A stretch of DNA of 63,144 bases, counting the filler, from Intoshia linei (Eukaryota > Animalia > Orthonectida): the NCBI GenBank assembly GCA_001642005.1. It is 8 parts of 8 records of this genome, joined end to end, with 100 filler letters (N's around TTAATTAATTAA, not from the genome) between each part and the next. Parts side by side here need not be neighbours in the genome. Positions count along the whole stretch, not along the records: positions 41,997 to 51,490 come from LWCA01001371.1; positions 51,591 to 53,745 come from LWCA01002385.1; positions 53,846 to 58,275 come from LWCA01001934.1; positions 58,376 to 60,679 come from LWCA01002349.1; positions 60,780 to 63,144 come from LWCA01002433.1; 3 more parts are not named here. One strand, 5' to 3'. Below the pieces are notes generated by a model that did not search any database, had not been told where the DNA came from, and worked only from the letters and a program-made list of their open reading frames with translations. Below are positions 50,010 to 62,109 of this stretch, in pieces (positions within the stretch are counted from its first letter, which is position 1; every line of letters begins with the position of its first letter). Made by a program: the position numbers and the translations under genes.

Positions 50010-51490
50010 TAGGGTGGACATATTGTTCATATTAAATAATTATTTTCAGATTTTCTGGAGGGACAAGTAAAAATTTTGTTCGTCTCATTAATCTATACAT
50101 CTGTACGAAATTTTACAAGTCTACCATAATGTTATAGTGGTGCTCAAAGGCGGGAAATATACTAAAAGTTGAAACATAAAATATAATATAAATAAAATAA
50201 AATATAAATATAACATAAAAACCATATTATAAATAAGTTAAAGAAATACTGCCAACTCTATAGCCTATTAAAAAAAAATAAAAATAGACGATCCAATTCT
50301 CAAATACTCCGTGAAGAAAATTTTATTACTTTTATGGATAAATTATTCGATATATCACACACAAATGCAGAATTAATTTATTTTCATGCTGAAGATATGT
50401 GTTTTCTGCGTGATCAGAGGAATGAAAGAAATATGACTTTTGGTAAGCTGGATAATGATCATAATCGTAAATATAAAAGAAAAATGGAACGTGAGGAGGC
50501 AAAATAAAAATTAAAGTGATAAAATTAAAATAGACATTGATACATTCAAGAAAGATTTTTGTATTTAATTTGACGGAAAAAGTGCTCGTGGTTATGATAA
50601 TAATATTTTGTAATTTTTATCGGTGTCTAACATTGGATGGATTTTCTAAGATGATTGCTCTTTGAACTTTGACTAATTCCAAAAGCGATACAATTATTTT
50701 ATTCAGGATTAAACTCATCATATGTGATACCACTGCAACAAATACCGGACACATCAATGGAGTTGTTGCACAAATGCAGAGACTAAACGGTAATATAGAA
50801 TATGAAGGCTGTAGGTTTCATATCCTAGATTTGATTTTGAACCATGTTTTAAATCAGATATTTGGATGTGGAACTGTATCTCCAAATATTCATCATCCTT
50901 TTGTTAACGCGATTCGCGATAATTATTTGTCCCTATACAGCAATTATATTGGGACGATTGATATGAATATGAAAATACTTTAAGTGTACAGTGGAGAAAT
51001 GATTATAAGAAATTATATGAATTGGTGAACTGTTATAAAACACTTAGAAAATATACTTCCAATCCAAAAATGAATTTCAAGAAACCATGCAATATATCGA
51101 ATGCTAGATGGAATTCTAGAAGCATTTACTGCCTCAAAGCTTTCATTATAAATTTGGATAGGACAGAAATTATGATCGAAGCGTGTAATTTTATATCATA
51201 TGTATGGAGCAATTGTTGGTTTACATGTCGTAATCAGAAAATAGCTTTTTGGGAACCTCTTGAATACTGTTTAGGACCTGTAATATCACCTAAATACCCT
51301 AAAGCGTATTGTTGCCTAATGAAACATTGGAATAAAACTATACTGTTTATGGATATATCTTTCACCAATGAGATATGCGAAAGATCTCTTGCATTGATGG
51401 ATAACGTCCCGACATCCAAAAACCTCAAAAATTTAAAAAATAGAGTTTTGACTAAATTTAATAATTATGTATAAAAAATTCACAATAAAA
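50010..51490 (+). mobile_element. hAT-superfamily (hATm-like) transposon, copy 2; frameshifted, right end in the gap
   Basis: Left terminus atgtacag|tagggtggacata; CDTTATNTGHINGV..GCRFHILDLIL, ISNARWNSRSIYCLK, TNEICERSLALM. Confidence 0.85.
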
Positions 51491-52111
51491 NNNNNNNNNN
51501 NNNNNNNNNNNNNNNNNNNNNNNNNNNNNNNNNNTTAATTAATTAANNNNNNNNNNNNNNNNNNNNNNNNNNNNNNNNNNNNNNNNNNNNTCACATTTTT
51601 TGTTTTAATAAAATATTTTGGAAAAAAATATATGAATACTAAAAGGCTTTTTAGACCGTTAAGGTGTCACTTATTCGGATTGAAATTTTTTGTGTATGTT
51701 AACAGGTTACAACTGTAGCTCTGTAAATTTTTTTAAATTTAAATTTAAGATAATGTTTATGATTTTAAAATCCGTATCAGCGTATATATTTTTTTAAATT
51801 CTCCAACTCGTTTGATGTTCAAAAAAAGGACAATTGAGGTTTTTGACCAGTAAGATGTGAGTTTGGTAGGTTAAAATTAAGTTTGCGAACACCCCCGGAA
51901 AAAACTGTAATTGAAATCTGGACTTTATAAAATTCTAAGACTAGTAGTTATTTAAATAAAGTTGAACACACACGCACACACACAAACAAAAATCGCGTAG
52001 CATATTATAATATGCTAATATATAATTATATAAGTAAGGATATACAATATGTGATTAGCACATTGTGCTATGTATTATAAAAATTTTTAAATAATTTTTT
52101 TTAATAATGCA

Positions 52112-53037
52112 GGCCTGCAGTTGATAAATCGTCAGTTTTTATTAGGATAATTTATTTTGAAAAATATATGATGAATGGTGTAGGATTCACTGTAAAACTT
52201 ACATTACACCGTACAATGTACATTACTACTTTAATAAAGACAATATTTTTGATTGTTTTATAGATTGTGGTAAATGTATGTTATATGAACGAAGAATTCG
52301 AAACAAAATTTGCTCAAACGATTATAGTAAATATTTTTTTACCACTAATAAATGTGTATAAATATCATTATTATAAATGCAATGTAATATAAAATATTTA
52401 ATGTATCATTATTGTCAGATTATTATTATAATACCGTTAAGTAGTATATATAATAATATAATTTAATTTTAAATAGTTATAAAAGGCAAATTTCTACAGC
52501 CTGCAATAATTGACGCAGGATTTGCAAACTATAACATGTCTATAGAAAAAAATTTCAAATTTTCAACTCGTGAAAAAATGGAATTTATATCAAAAATTCA
52601 TAATAAAAGATTAAATTTTTTTCTAAATTCCAATATATTTAATGAAAAAGTTTTATTGAAATTTTATGCTGAATACCTTGATTGCAATTGTCCAAAAATT
52701 ATATTGAATAAAAGTTATCTTATTATAGGAAGAAAAATTGACAATATATATTTTCTAGACAGCAATAGTGGTATAATATTAATAAATATAATTCCAATGT
52801 TATTATCATTATTATTGCTCGATAATAATTAACGATTTTTAATGTGAAATATACATATGTACCTAGAATCATAGATTATCAATTGTTTTTATAATCACAT
52901 CTATGAATAAATACAAAATTTTGTATGTATTAGATTCCGGTGGATAGTGCCAAACCTACCAGACCTGAAACCTCTATTGGGGACATCGAAGAAGGTTTTG
53001 TAAATGGGAGCTTATTTTTCCTAATTGAGCATCTAAG
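52112..53037 (+). CDS. Exon fragments of an unidentified gene
   Basis: AG/GT-bounded open segments IVVNVCYMNEEFETKFAQTII, KGKFLQPAIIDAGFANYNMSIEKNF.. and IPVDSAKPTRPETSIGDIEEGFVNGSLFFLIEHL. No family recognised. Confidence 0.4.
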
Positions 53038-53040
53038 TAA

Positions 53041-53085
53041 ACAGTATATTACAGTATTACAGTATACAGTATATTACAGTATACT
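53041..53085 (+). repeat. Short tandem repeat of acagtat(att)
   Basis: Five consecutive acagtat units. Confidence 0.8.
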
Positions 53086-53585
53086 AAATCTAAAAAAATA
53101 GTAATTGAGTATGATAATTATATTATGTGTTTAACTTAAAATGTGACTAGTCACTATACATATGTATATGACACAACGCATCATTGTGCAAAATTTTTTT
53201 TAAAGGATTATTTTTCAATTTAAATATTCTTGGGCTTGGTATGTTCGGATCATTGGAGTTAGAACTAAAAAAATTTACATTTAATATTGATGTTAAAATT
53301 TTTTTAGAATTAAAATCACATTTTTTTTAAATCTAGGCTATTAATTATAATTATACAATATTTTTTAATTTGATGAAATAATTTCCAAAAAAAATAATCA
53401 ATAGTAAATTCCTTTTTTCATACTGAAGGCGTAACATTATGAGATAAGTTTTTTTTGTATATTAATATATTATGGAAATATCTGTATTAAGGTATAATGC
53501 GATTTTGGTAAAATTAATGGACCATTATTTTTTTTAATTTATATAAAAAAGGCTTGTATTTATCGCGTCAATATTTTAATCCGTA

Positions 53586-53745
53586 AAGTGTCAGTATTTT
53601 CGATGGTTTGTCAATAGAAATATTGAATTGTCAGTTGATATAATGGATTTTCAGTATTTTAGGTGCCAGTTGACAAGGTGTCAGTATAAACAATTGATTG
53701 TCAGTATTTAAATTGGAAGGGCAGTAAAAAAAATTATTTTGTCAG
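53586..53745 (+). repeat. Spaced tgtcagt(a) motif array running into the gap; probable transposon subterminal repeats
   Basis: About 9 copies of tgtcag-like motifs at roughly 14-22 nt spacing. Confidence 0.6.
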
Positions 53746-53845
53746 NNNNNNNNNNNNNNNNNNNNNNNNNNNNNNNNNNNNNNNNNNNNTTAATTAATTA
53801 ANNNNNNNNNNNNNNNNNNNNNNNNNNNNNNNNNNNNNNNNNNNN

Positions 53846-54161
53846 CAGGTTTGAAGCACTATTAATTACGTTTAGAATAGTGCGAGGTGAGCAGGAAAGA
53901 TTCAGTTCTCTACGTATGGCATCCTGAAGACAAGGTGGAATTTGAAGCCTTACGTCGTATTGTCCTAATTTTTCGCTCATTTAAATACATTGGACGTCCT
54001 ATTCTGCATTTACCAGTTGTGTCCAAATCTCTTATGAAATTATTTATGGCATGCCTACTTCTATTGATAATCCTAACAATTTCAGACACGTTTTGAATCG
54101 CCAAAACTAATTGCGTGATAGTTTGTTTTTCATTATCATTCAATTTTTTTCCTTTATACAT
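53846..54161 (-). mobile_element. Tc3/Tc1-like transposase N-terminal HTH region, truncated by the gap
   Basis: MYKGKKLNDNEKQTI..SEIVRIINRSRHAINNFIRD..GRPMYLNER..IRRKASNS/..IRRELNLSCSPRTILNVI paired-like HTH, with one frameshift. Confidence 0.88.
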
Positions 54162-55066
54162 ACTGTTAAAAATGATGCACTATAAAAGAAAAATGAAATA
54201 ATTACCTGTTTAATTAAGCTTTAATTTATAATAATTCAAAATTTTGGGACACTTTTTTCCAGTACAAAAATTGTATTTAAATTTTATTTAAAATTTAATT
54301 AAAGTTAAATCAGTTTTTATCGTAAGTTATTATATAATAAGATGTATAATTATTTTATACACAATTTATAAAAAAACAAATATATTTAAATGATTTTAAC
54401 AACTATATAATATTTTATGAATGTCCCAACTTTTTTCTAGCCATTTCAAATAACTTTTACAAGATGTTTGAAGTCTTTCAAAATTAAAAAAATTCGAATT
54501 CAAAGTTTTAAGACATTGAAATCTCCATCTATTTAAATTTTTGGAGAAAAATATACATTTTTGACTTTATAACTAGTAAGATGTGAGTTTGGAACGTTGA
54601 AATTTATTTTGCTAACGCACGGAAGAAACTGTAATTAAAATATGGACTTTGTAAAATTCCCAACCTAATAGTTGTAGAAATAAACAATAACATACAGACA
54701 AACAAAACATTTTATATAAGTAAGAATTACATTTGAGGGGACCCTTATTAATAACGTTTAAGAGCGACTGTGATAATACACATTTTCAAAGATATAAAAA
54801 TAGATATTCAATGTATATAGTGCGCCGCAATTTTTTTATTTGTGCGGCGCGAACATACAAATTTGGGAAGCACTGGTGTAAGGTATACATCTCATGCTTC
54901 GAATCTAATTTTTCTTCCTTAGGATCAATATTTCTGTATTTTCAAATCACCTCATTCAACACTGTTAATTCTGTAATTGGATGTTAAATTAACAATAAAT
55001 GACGTTTATTATTGTTATTTTAGCAACTACATAAAAAATGCAAATAAAATTATTTTTAAATTAAAT

Positions 55067-56360
55067 ATGAGAATGACAGATGATCAAGAAGGTAAATTAA
55101 TTAAGAATCTTTAAATCTTGTCAATTTTATATATCTCAAATAAAATGTAATGTATATTTTAGATATTGAAACAATTATTACTAAATTACACAAAGTTAAT
55201 GTACGAGAAAGTTGTAAAACAATAAAATTATGGAAGGATAATGAACAAAAAATTAAATCATATGCCGGATCAAAAAGTAATTTCAAAATTTAAATTTAGT
55301 GTAACTGTGACAACATATTAATTAAAAAAATTGTTTTAAAACTATATGAGGTGTCATATTAACCTAATTCAATTTTTTTACGATAAATGCTTAAAATTAA
55401 AAAAGTTATTCACGTTAAAATTGGGTTTTTTAATAAAAAAAGTGGTCACCCTATTGTGCACATTTATTTTAATTTTATATCAGGATATAAAAATTAAACT
55501 AACCTTATTCTATAATTAGAGACTATTATAATAGTTGTCGAAAAATATCCATAAAATGGCATGACCAAGTGGATAAACACTATTTGTCATTTAAATTACA
55601 TTTATTTAGTTTGGGACATATTAGAAAATGTATATTATGCCGCATTAGATGTACACGATGAAAGTATGGCTACTGTAGAAATTTTCTTTTTCCGATTAAT
55701 TTTTCTATATATTAGTCGATATACAATAAAATTTTTCAAAAATTTTCCTCATCAAATCGAGTTGAACACATGTTTAGTCTTTATGTTATTAATTATAGGT
55801 TTATTTAAAATTACTTTTGTTGGTGTTACTGTAATTATTATAGATTAGATAAAGTTGAATCATTCTTACCTAACGTTATTAAAGAATACGATAATGATCC
55901 AGTAAATTTATTTTTTATATAATTTTAATTTTACATTTTCAGGTTTTCCGTAAACACCAAGTTTCTTATCTAAAATCTTTAGATAAAATTGATGAAGCTA
56001 TTGAATTGTTGAAAAAATACTTGGAAATGTATGTAAATTTTTTTAACACTATTTTAACTTTAATTTAGTTTTATGCAAGACGCTGAAGCTTGGATGGAAC
56101 TTTCTTGCTTGTATTTATCGGTGTGTGAATACGATAAAGCAGCTTTTTGTATGGAAGAATTAATTCTCATCAACCCGTCCAATGATTTTTACCATGAACG
56201 CTATGCACAGGTATTTTTTTGATTTAAAATATTTTTTATATTATAGATTAAATATTCATGCCTTGATTCATTTGATAATGTCGAAATTGCCCTGAAATCA
56301 TTCTGTCAGGCTTACTCTCTCAACAACTTTAATGTCCGTGCTTTATATGGAATATTGTTG
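55067..56360 (+). CDS. EMC2: ER membrane protein complex subunit 2 (TTC35), TPR protein; last exon not located
   Basis: Spliced peptide MRMTDDQE/DIE..WDILENVYYAALDVHD..FSSSNRV..FRKHQVSYLKSLDKIDEAIELLKKYLE.FMQDAEAWMELSCLYLSVCEYDKAAFCMEELILINPSNDFYHERYAQ/IKYS..NVEIALKSFCQAYSLNNFNVRALYGILL matches EMC2 (DQEAW, YAKAAFCLEEL, RALFGL motifs). Confidence 0.93.
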
Positions 56361-56589
56361 GTTTGTTTTATATTTTTGTGAATCTATGCTATAATATATT
56401 TGTTGGTGTTTTTAAAGAGCAAATAATATTATTTTAAAACTTTAAACAGGTTTATGAGGGTTTAGTGTATTTTTGGCTATAGTGTTTATTATAAAATTAT
56501 ATAATCGAAATTTAGAATTTAGAGATCATTAATCATGATTCATTGAATTTATAAGAATTGCATCTTCATTTTAATGATACATATCGATA

Positions 56590-56709
56590 CAGGGTTTTCA
56601 GTTCAAAGTAGTAGAAAAGGTCAATTCAAAGTTCTAATAATAACAACTTGATTAAAATTGTATTGACTCGATTGAAATTTAAATTAATTAGTTTCAACTG
56701 AAAATCCTG
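56590..56709. mobile_element. 120-bp Tc1/mariner-type MITE
   Basis: TA-flanked TIR cagggttttcagttcaaa / tttcaactgaaaatcctg. Confidence 0.8.
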
Positions 56710-56865
56710 TAATAGATAATGTATGTAGTATACTGGTATAAATGTTTAATTTAAAATAATAACAATTCGATTCAAAAGTGTATTTCTTTTTTTATTAATT
56801 CCTTTATTAAAATCTTTTGCTATACCCTTCAACAGTGGACCAACTAAAATTTACTTAGAATTAAT

Positions 56866-57305
56866 TTAACAAAAATTACAATTTATTAATTTTTGATAAA
56901 AGATAGAGTTATGCGTAGTCATATTGAGAACCAAATAAAGAAATGCATTTAGTAAATTGTTTAAATTTTTAGTTAATGGTGATTTGTAGTTTTCAATACA
57001 AGTACATTTCACCAATTCTTGATACATACAATTAAAAATTTCGTATGAATATTCAATAATTTCATTCAATTTTGTATTGTTGTTTAATATGTATTTTGTA
57101 TTTGTAGTTTTATGAATTACTATACCGATTAGTGAGAAAATGGTCATACTTATATCAATGCTTGTGGGACATTTCATTAATTCCGGCAACATGTCATTTT
57201 TTTTATTTAATTTGTCAATTTCAATATTTTTTAATATGTCAATGTTTATATCTAATAAATGGTTCATAAATTTGTCCGCCATGTGTTTGCATATCATATT
57301 CTCTC
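56866..57305 (-). CDS. Exon of an unidentified helical protein, convergent with EMC2
   Basis: 143-codon open frame preceded by a tttag acceptor at ~57306; long for this AT content; no motif recognised. Confidence 0.45.
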
Positions 57306-57394
57306 CTAAATTGAAAAAAAATTTATTAGTTTCTATGAGAGGGTTCCAAAATAAAATGTATTGTTCATTTTTTAATAGTTTATTATTTTTACAT

Positions 57395-57704
57395 CAGGGG
57401 CGGATTCAAGGGGATGCAGAAGGTGCAGTTGCACTCCTAAATTTTTAATTAATGTTTTGTAAAATAACTGAAAAAGGTTTTAATTTATTGAAACAATAAA
57501 GATGGCGCATAGCATTACATGAACAATTGATCATGTGACTTGAGGCCTTTTGTTACATGCACATCTACATCTATAATTGATAAACCTTTAAATGAAATTA
57601 AAAGAGACGCTTTAAAATCAAACTAGACGCCCCTAAAAAATAAAATTTAAATATATTGCTCGCTTCGCTCGCACCCCATTAAATAGCCTCTTGGATCCGC
57701 CCTG
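57395..57704. mobile_element. TIR MITE (hAT-like CAGGG ends)
   Basis: caggggcggattcaag / cttggatccgccctg; no matching TSD. Confidence 0.65.
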
Positions 57705-58705
57705 TCATGACCCATTTTTTTTGCTTTACCAACATTTCAACGTAATGTTAAAAACGTTTTTTTCCATTGGAAAAAACTGGTTTATGTTACTATGCACTGC
57801 ATATCTAATTAATTAAATTAAATTTTTGATTAAATTTTAGTAGTGTTTCGGACAAACTTTTTTTGTTTCTTTCGTACGTATCAACTTAACACGATGCACA
57901 ACTTTATTATGAAGTAGTGCAGGGTTCTTAAACTTTTCTTAAAATTGCCCCCAAGGGGGCGATTTGCCCACCGTTCGGAATTTCTGTAGTACTGTGTTCA
58001 ACTTAGTTTTTTAGAAACTCTAAGTAATAACTAGTTAGTTTTACAAAATAAAAATTTAAGACAAGGTAAAAATTTATTGTTTTAAAACTCAGAAAGTACT
58101 TTTTTTCAAATTTTAGTAAAAATTACAGTACAACAAAAACTCCCTATAAGCAACTTTGGATGTTTACACTAGGGTGTCACATCGTTTTTAAATTTTGATA
58201 TTTTTAAAGACGTATTATGTAGACTAGATGTATTTTTAAATGCAAACCAAGATGTAAAAGACCATTTTTGAAAAANNNNNNNNNNNNNNNNNNNNNNNNN
58301 NNNNNNNNNNNNNNNNNNNTTAATTAATTAANNNNNNNNNNNNNNNNNNNNNNNNNNNNNNNNNNNNNNNNNNNNATGTAGATCTATATGGAGTTTAAGT
58401 CTGAAAATGATAAACTATTCAATTTGGAATATTTAATAATGTAAATATTATATAATATATACATATACAAATTCACGGCGGGCCGCACTTAAATTTTAAA
58501 TGAGCCGTATACGGCCCTCTGGACCCAAGTTTGACATGGCTGTAGTAAAGTAATATTAACATACTCTGTTTATTATGTATGCATATTATTCGTATTTTTT
58601 TAAATGTATCTCAAATTTTATCGATTGGCAAGTTTTTTGATTGTTAGGGTTTACATTACAAATTCATTTGCGCCGCTGTCATGTTCGTATATAATGTATG
58701 TACAT

Positions 58706-60034
58706 TAGGGCTGTTCGTTTTTTACAAAAATGTATTTTTGTTGAAAATACCCTATACCACACTGAAGAGGGTACTTAAAAACTTCTAAAAAATATATTTT
58801 TAGAAAAATTTACCGTAAAAACATTAAGCGGTTTTCTTTTTTAAGGTTTTCGCGCGCTTTTTCCCATTTTTCTTAATTGGCGCCAATAATTTTTTTTAAA
58901 CTTTAATACGATGAATGTACGACTCACTAAGACATATACCAAATTTGGAGTGAAAAAATGAAATATATAACCTCACAGGGCGTTTTTTCCATAAAAAATG
59001 GTTTTTGTAATATTGGTCAAATAGAAAAATTCCAAAATTTATAATTACTATAAATTTATTTTAATTATGAAAATTTGAGTGTGTCATTATGAAATTCAGT
59101 TATTTACGTTTTAAATACATGTTAATGAAAAAAAGTAATATAAACTCTCTAGAAGCTGAGCTAAAAAATTAAACTGTGTTTATTGTAATCGATTAATTTT
59201 GATAAAAATAGTATGACAATATGTAAAATGTGATGCAGATTCGTGACAGGTGAGTGTAGTTTTTTTTGTATTATTTTCTGCATTTTAATTAATTAAAATC
59301 ACAAAAAATAACGAAAATACTTTATTATCTTAAAAAAATAATGATTAATCATGGAAACAATTATTATTGGTATTGAAATTCAAAGTAATTTAAAATTGAA
59401 ACAAATTCTGTTATTATAAAAGTTAAATTTTAGTTTATTAATTCACCAATAATTATTTAATCTTTTGCAACCTCTTAATGTTAACTATTATTATCTGACC
59501 AAATGATCAAGAATTCCTTTAATGTTTTTTCTCACAATTTCAAGTCATTGAAGAATTATAAATTTTATATTTGTTTATTCATCAAATTGTTAAAAGTGCT
59601 AATTGTGTAATTTTAACAATTGTCTGGTTTTATTTAGTTTTTCCATTTATATTTGTCATTGATTTTGGTTTATTATATTAATCATTTTATTTCAGTAATA
59701 TGGAAGTGAGGCTCGATATGCATGCCGACTGATAATATGTAAAATTGTGTTGTTTAAAGTTCAATATAAAACTAAATTTTTTTAACTGTAAAAAATAATC
59801 TAAAATTTAGATTCTAAATGTATAATATATGTAACCAAATGAATTATAATATAACGCTAGTTACCGACTAAATGTTTAATAATAAACATCACCTATTATA
59901 TAGTATTTCAAGTTATTAATTAAATTCCACTTAATGTTTTTTGAGAATTGAGAATTTTTAATAACGGCATATTACTTTTCACATATCTAAGCATACTCTC
60001 TGCTTATGTGCTAATTTTTTTTTGGACAGCCCTA
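58706..60034. mobile_element. Non-autonomous hATm-like element (TAGGG termini)
   Basis: TIR tagggctgttc / ggacagcccta; perfect palindromic 8-bp TSD atgtacat at 58698-58705 and 60035-60042. Confidence 0.88.
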
Positions 60035-60779
60035 ATGTACATATATTGTAGAATATTATTTGATATTAATTATAAAAATATCAATCACATTTGCTTATAA
60101 AGCTTCTTTCTAAATTATTTAATTATGATAAAATGACAATTGTTAGAATTTACATACATTATATTGACACTACACCATTTCTGATACAATGTACTAACAA
60201 TTCAATGTAAATTTAAAAAAAAAGAAAAATAATTATTATTTTTGTAAATTTTAAACTAAATGAGAATATTTATAAAATACTATATTTAATGGACATTTTT
60301 GTATTCTCTGAAACATTTTAAATCAAAATCGTTTTACAAAAAAAAAATACATTTAACTACTATACAATGTAAATCTCGCGATATGCCGTGTGCATATTGG
60401 TATCGCTTAAAAATATCATATATACCAACAATATCTACAAAAGAACATAGGCGGATTGGAAAATCGGAAAATTGAAACAACTTTGTCTTTATATTAATTA
60501 ATTTTATTAAAGATTATATAATTAATTAGGTTGACTGTTATGTACTACGTTCAAACAAGACTTAGCTCTGCCGAGGGCACATTTTTATTCTACTAAAAAA
60601 ATAAAATTCATGAAATTGTAGGATAAATATTTACATTTTCAATTTTTATTTTAGTCGAAATATTTGAAAAATATTGGTTNNNNNNNNNNNNNNNNNNNNN
60701 NNNNNNNNNNNNNNNNNNNNNNNTTAATTAATTAANNNNNNNNNNNNNNNNNNNNNNNNNNNNNNNNNNNNNNNNNNNN

Positions 60780-61900
60780 TAATGACTGTATTGTGTTTAC
60801 TTTGTCAGGATCAGCTTGCAAACCATCTTTACTAATGAGGTGTCCTAAAATTTTAACTTGACTTTTTCCAATATGACATTTGTTTGGCTTTAATGTTAAA
60901 CCAGAATTTTCTAATTTGGTTAGAACATTAAATAATACCGTTTTGTGACCCGCAAGTGTCTTTGACGATATTATTATGTCATCCATGTAAACCACTACAT
61001 CGGACATATTTCCAAATAATGTATCCATGGCTCGTTGACAGGTAGCCGGTGCATTAATCAGACTGAGTCGCAAAAGCCGTTTTCCAACGATCGTCAGGAT
61101 GAAGAAGTACTTGCCAAAATCCACTACAAAAGTCAAGAGTAGAAAAATAATTTTTACAGGACATTGAATTTATACAAGCCTTTACATGAGGTGTTGGATA
61201 TCTATCCCGTTTTGTGATATCATTCAATTTTCGATAATCCATTACCATTCTGTGACCACCTTTCTTTGGAACTAAAAAAAAAGGAGAACGAAATGGACTA
61301 GTACTCGGTTCGATTTCTTTATTTGATATCATTTCCTTTAATAAATTATCAGTAAACTCTTCAAGATTAATAGGAGTTTGATATATAGGACATTTCACTT
61401 CGGTTTTATCATCCGTAAGTTCAATTCTATGATAACAATTTTTTAAAGTACCAGGGACGGTAGAAAATATTTTTTCGAATTTTGAAATAACTTTTTTCAG
61501 TTCAGGATATACATATGCAATTTCATTAATTACATTGTATTTTGAAATAGAATATAAAGGTTTTGATTTGATTGCTGGTATGATTACAAATCCATGTCGT
61601 ATTGAATCAGAAAATCCTAAAATATTGAGATTGTCTGTTATAAAAAATGTAGACATGATACCATTTGCAATTATATCAACTGTACCATATTGAATTAATG
61701 ATTGACCGTTTGCAGCAATTAACTTTGTTTTGCTAACAATGTATGGTTTTGGAATGCATAAAGCATCCAACATATCAATTGCAATCAAATTTACAGTAGA
61801 ACCAGTGTCAATCAAAAATTGTCCATGAGCCGATTTGCAACTATAATTTAATGAAACTGGTCTGTATATACCTTGTTTTCTGTTTTTAAGAAGCCAATGA
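60780..61900 (-). mobile_element. Ty3/gypsy LTR-retrotransposon pol (protease and RT), frameshifted, truncated by the gap
   Basis: FLIDTGS aspartic protease; SPFRSPFFLVPKK..RMVMDYRKLN..DRYPTP..FSTLDFCSGFWQV..KTAF, then NAPATCQRAMD..VVVYMDDIII..KPNKC..LGHLIS. Confidence 0.95.
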
Positions 61901-62109
61901 ATTCCATGTGTAATATTGTCGTTTTTATACTTCCAGGATTATTTACGTTTTGTAGTAAATACTTGTTATAAGTTTTAATCAAAATAAATACAAATTAAAA
62001 CGTAAATGGGAAGAGATAATCCAACAATCAAGTTTAGTTATCAAAATATAGTATCCTAAGATACTACAGAGTTTACAATTTATATAAAATTAAAACATTA
62101 AATTCAAAT

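Noticed and set aside
41897-52112. Functional clustering of spectrin, the Cys-rich protein and EMC2 as one system
   Set aside because: The genes lie on separate contigs joined by linkers, and nothing in the sequence links their functions.
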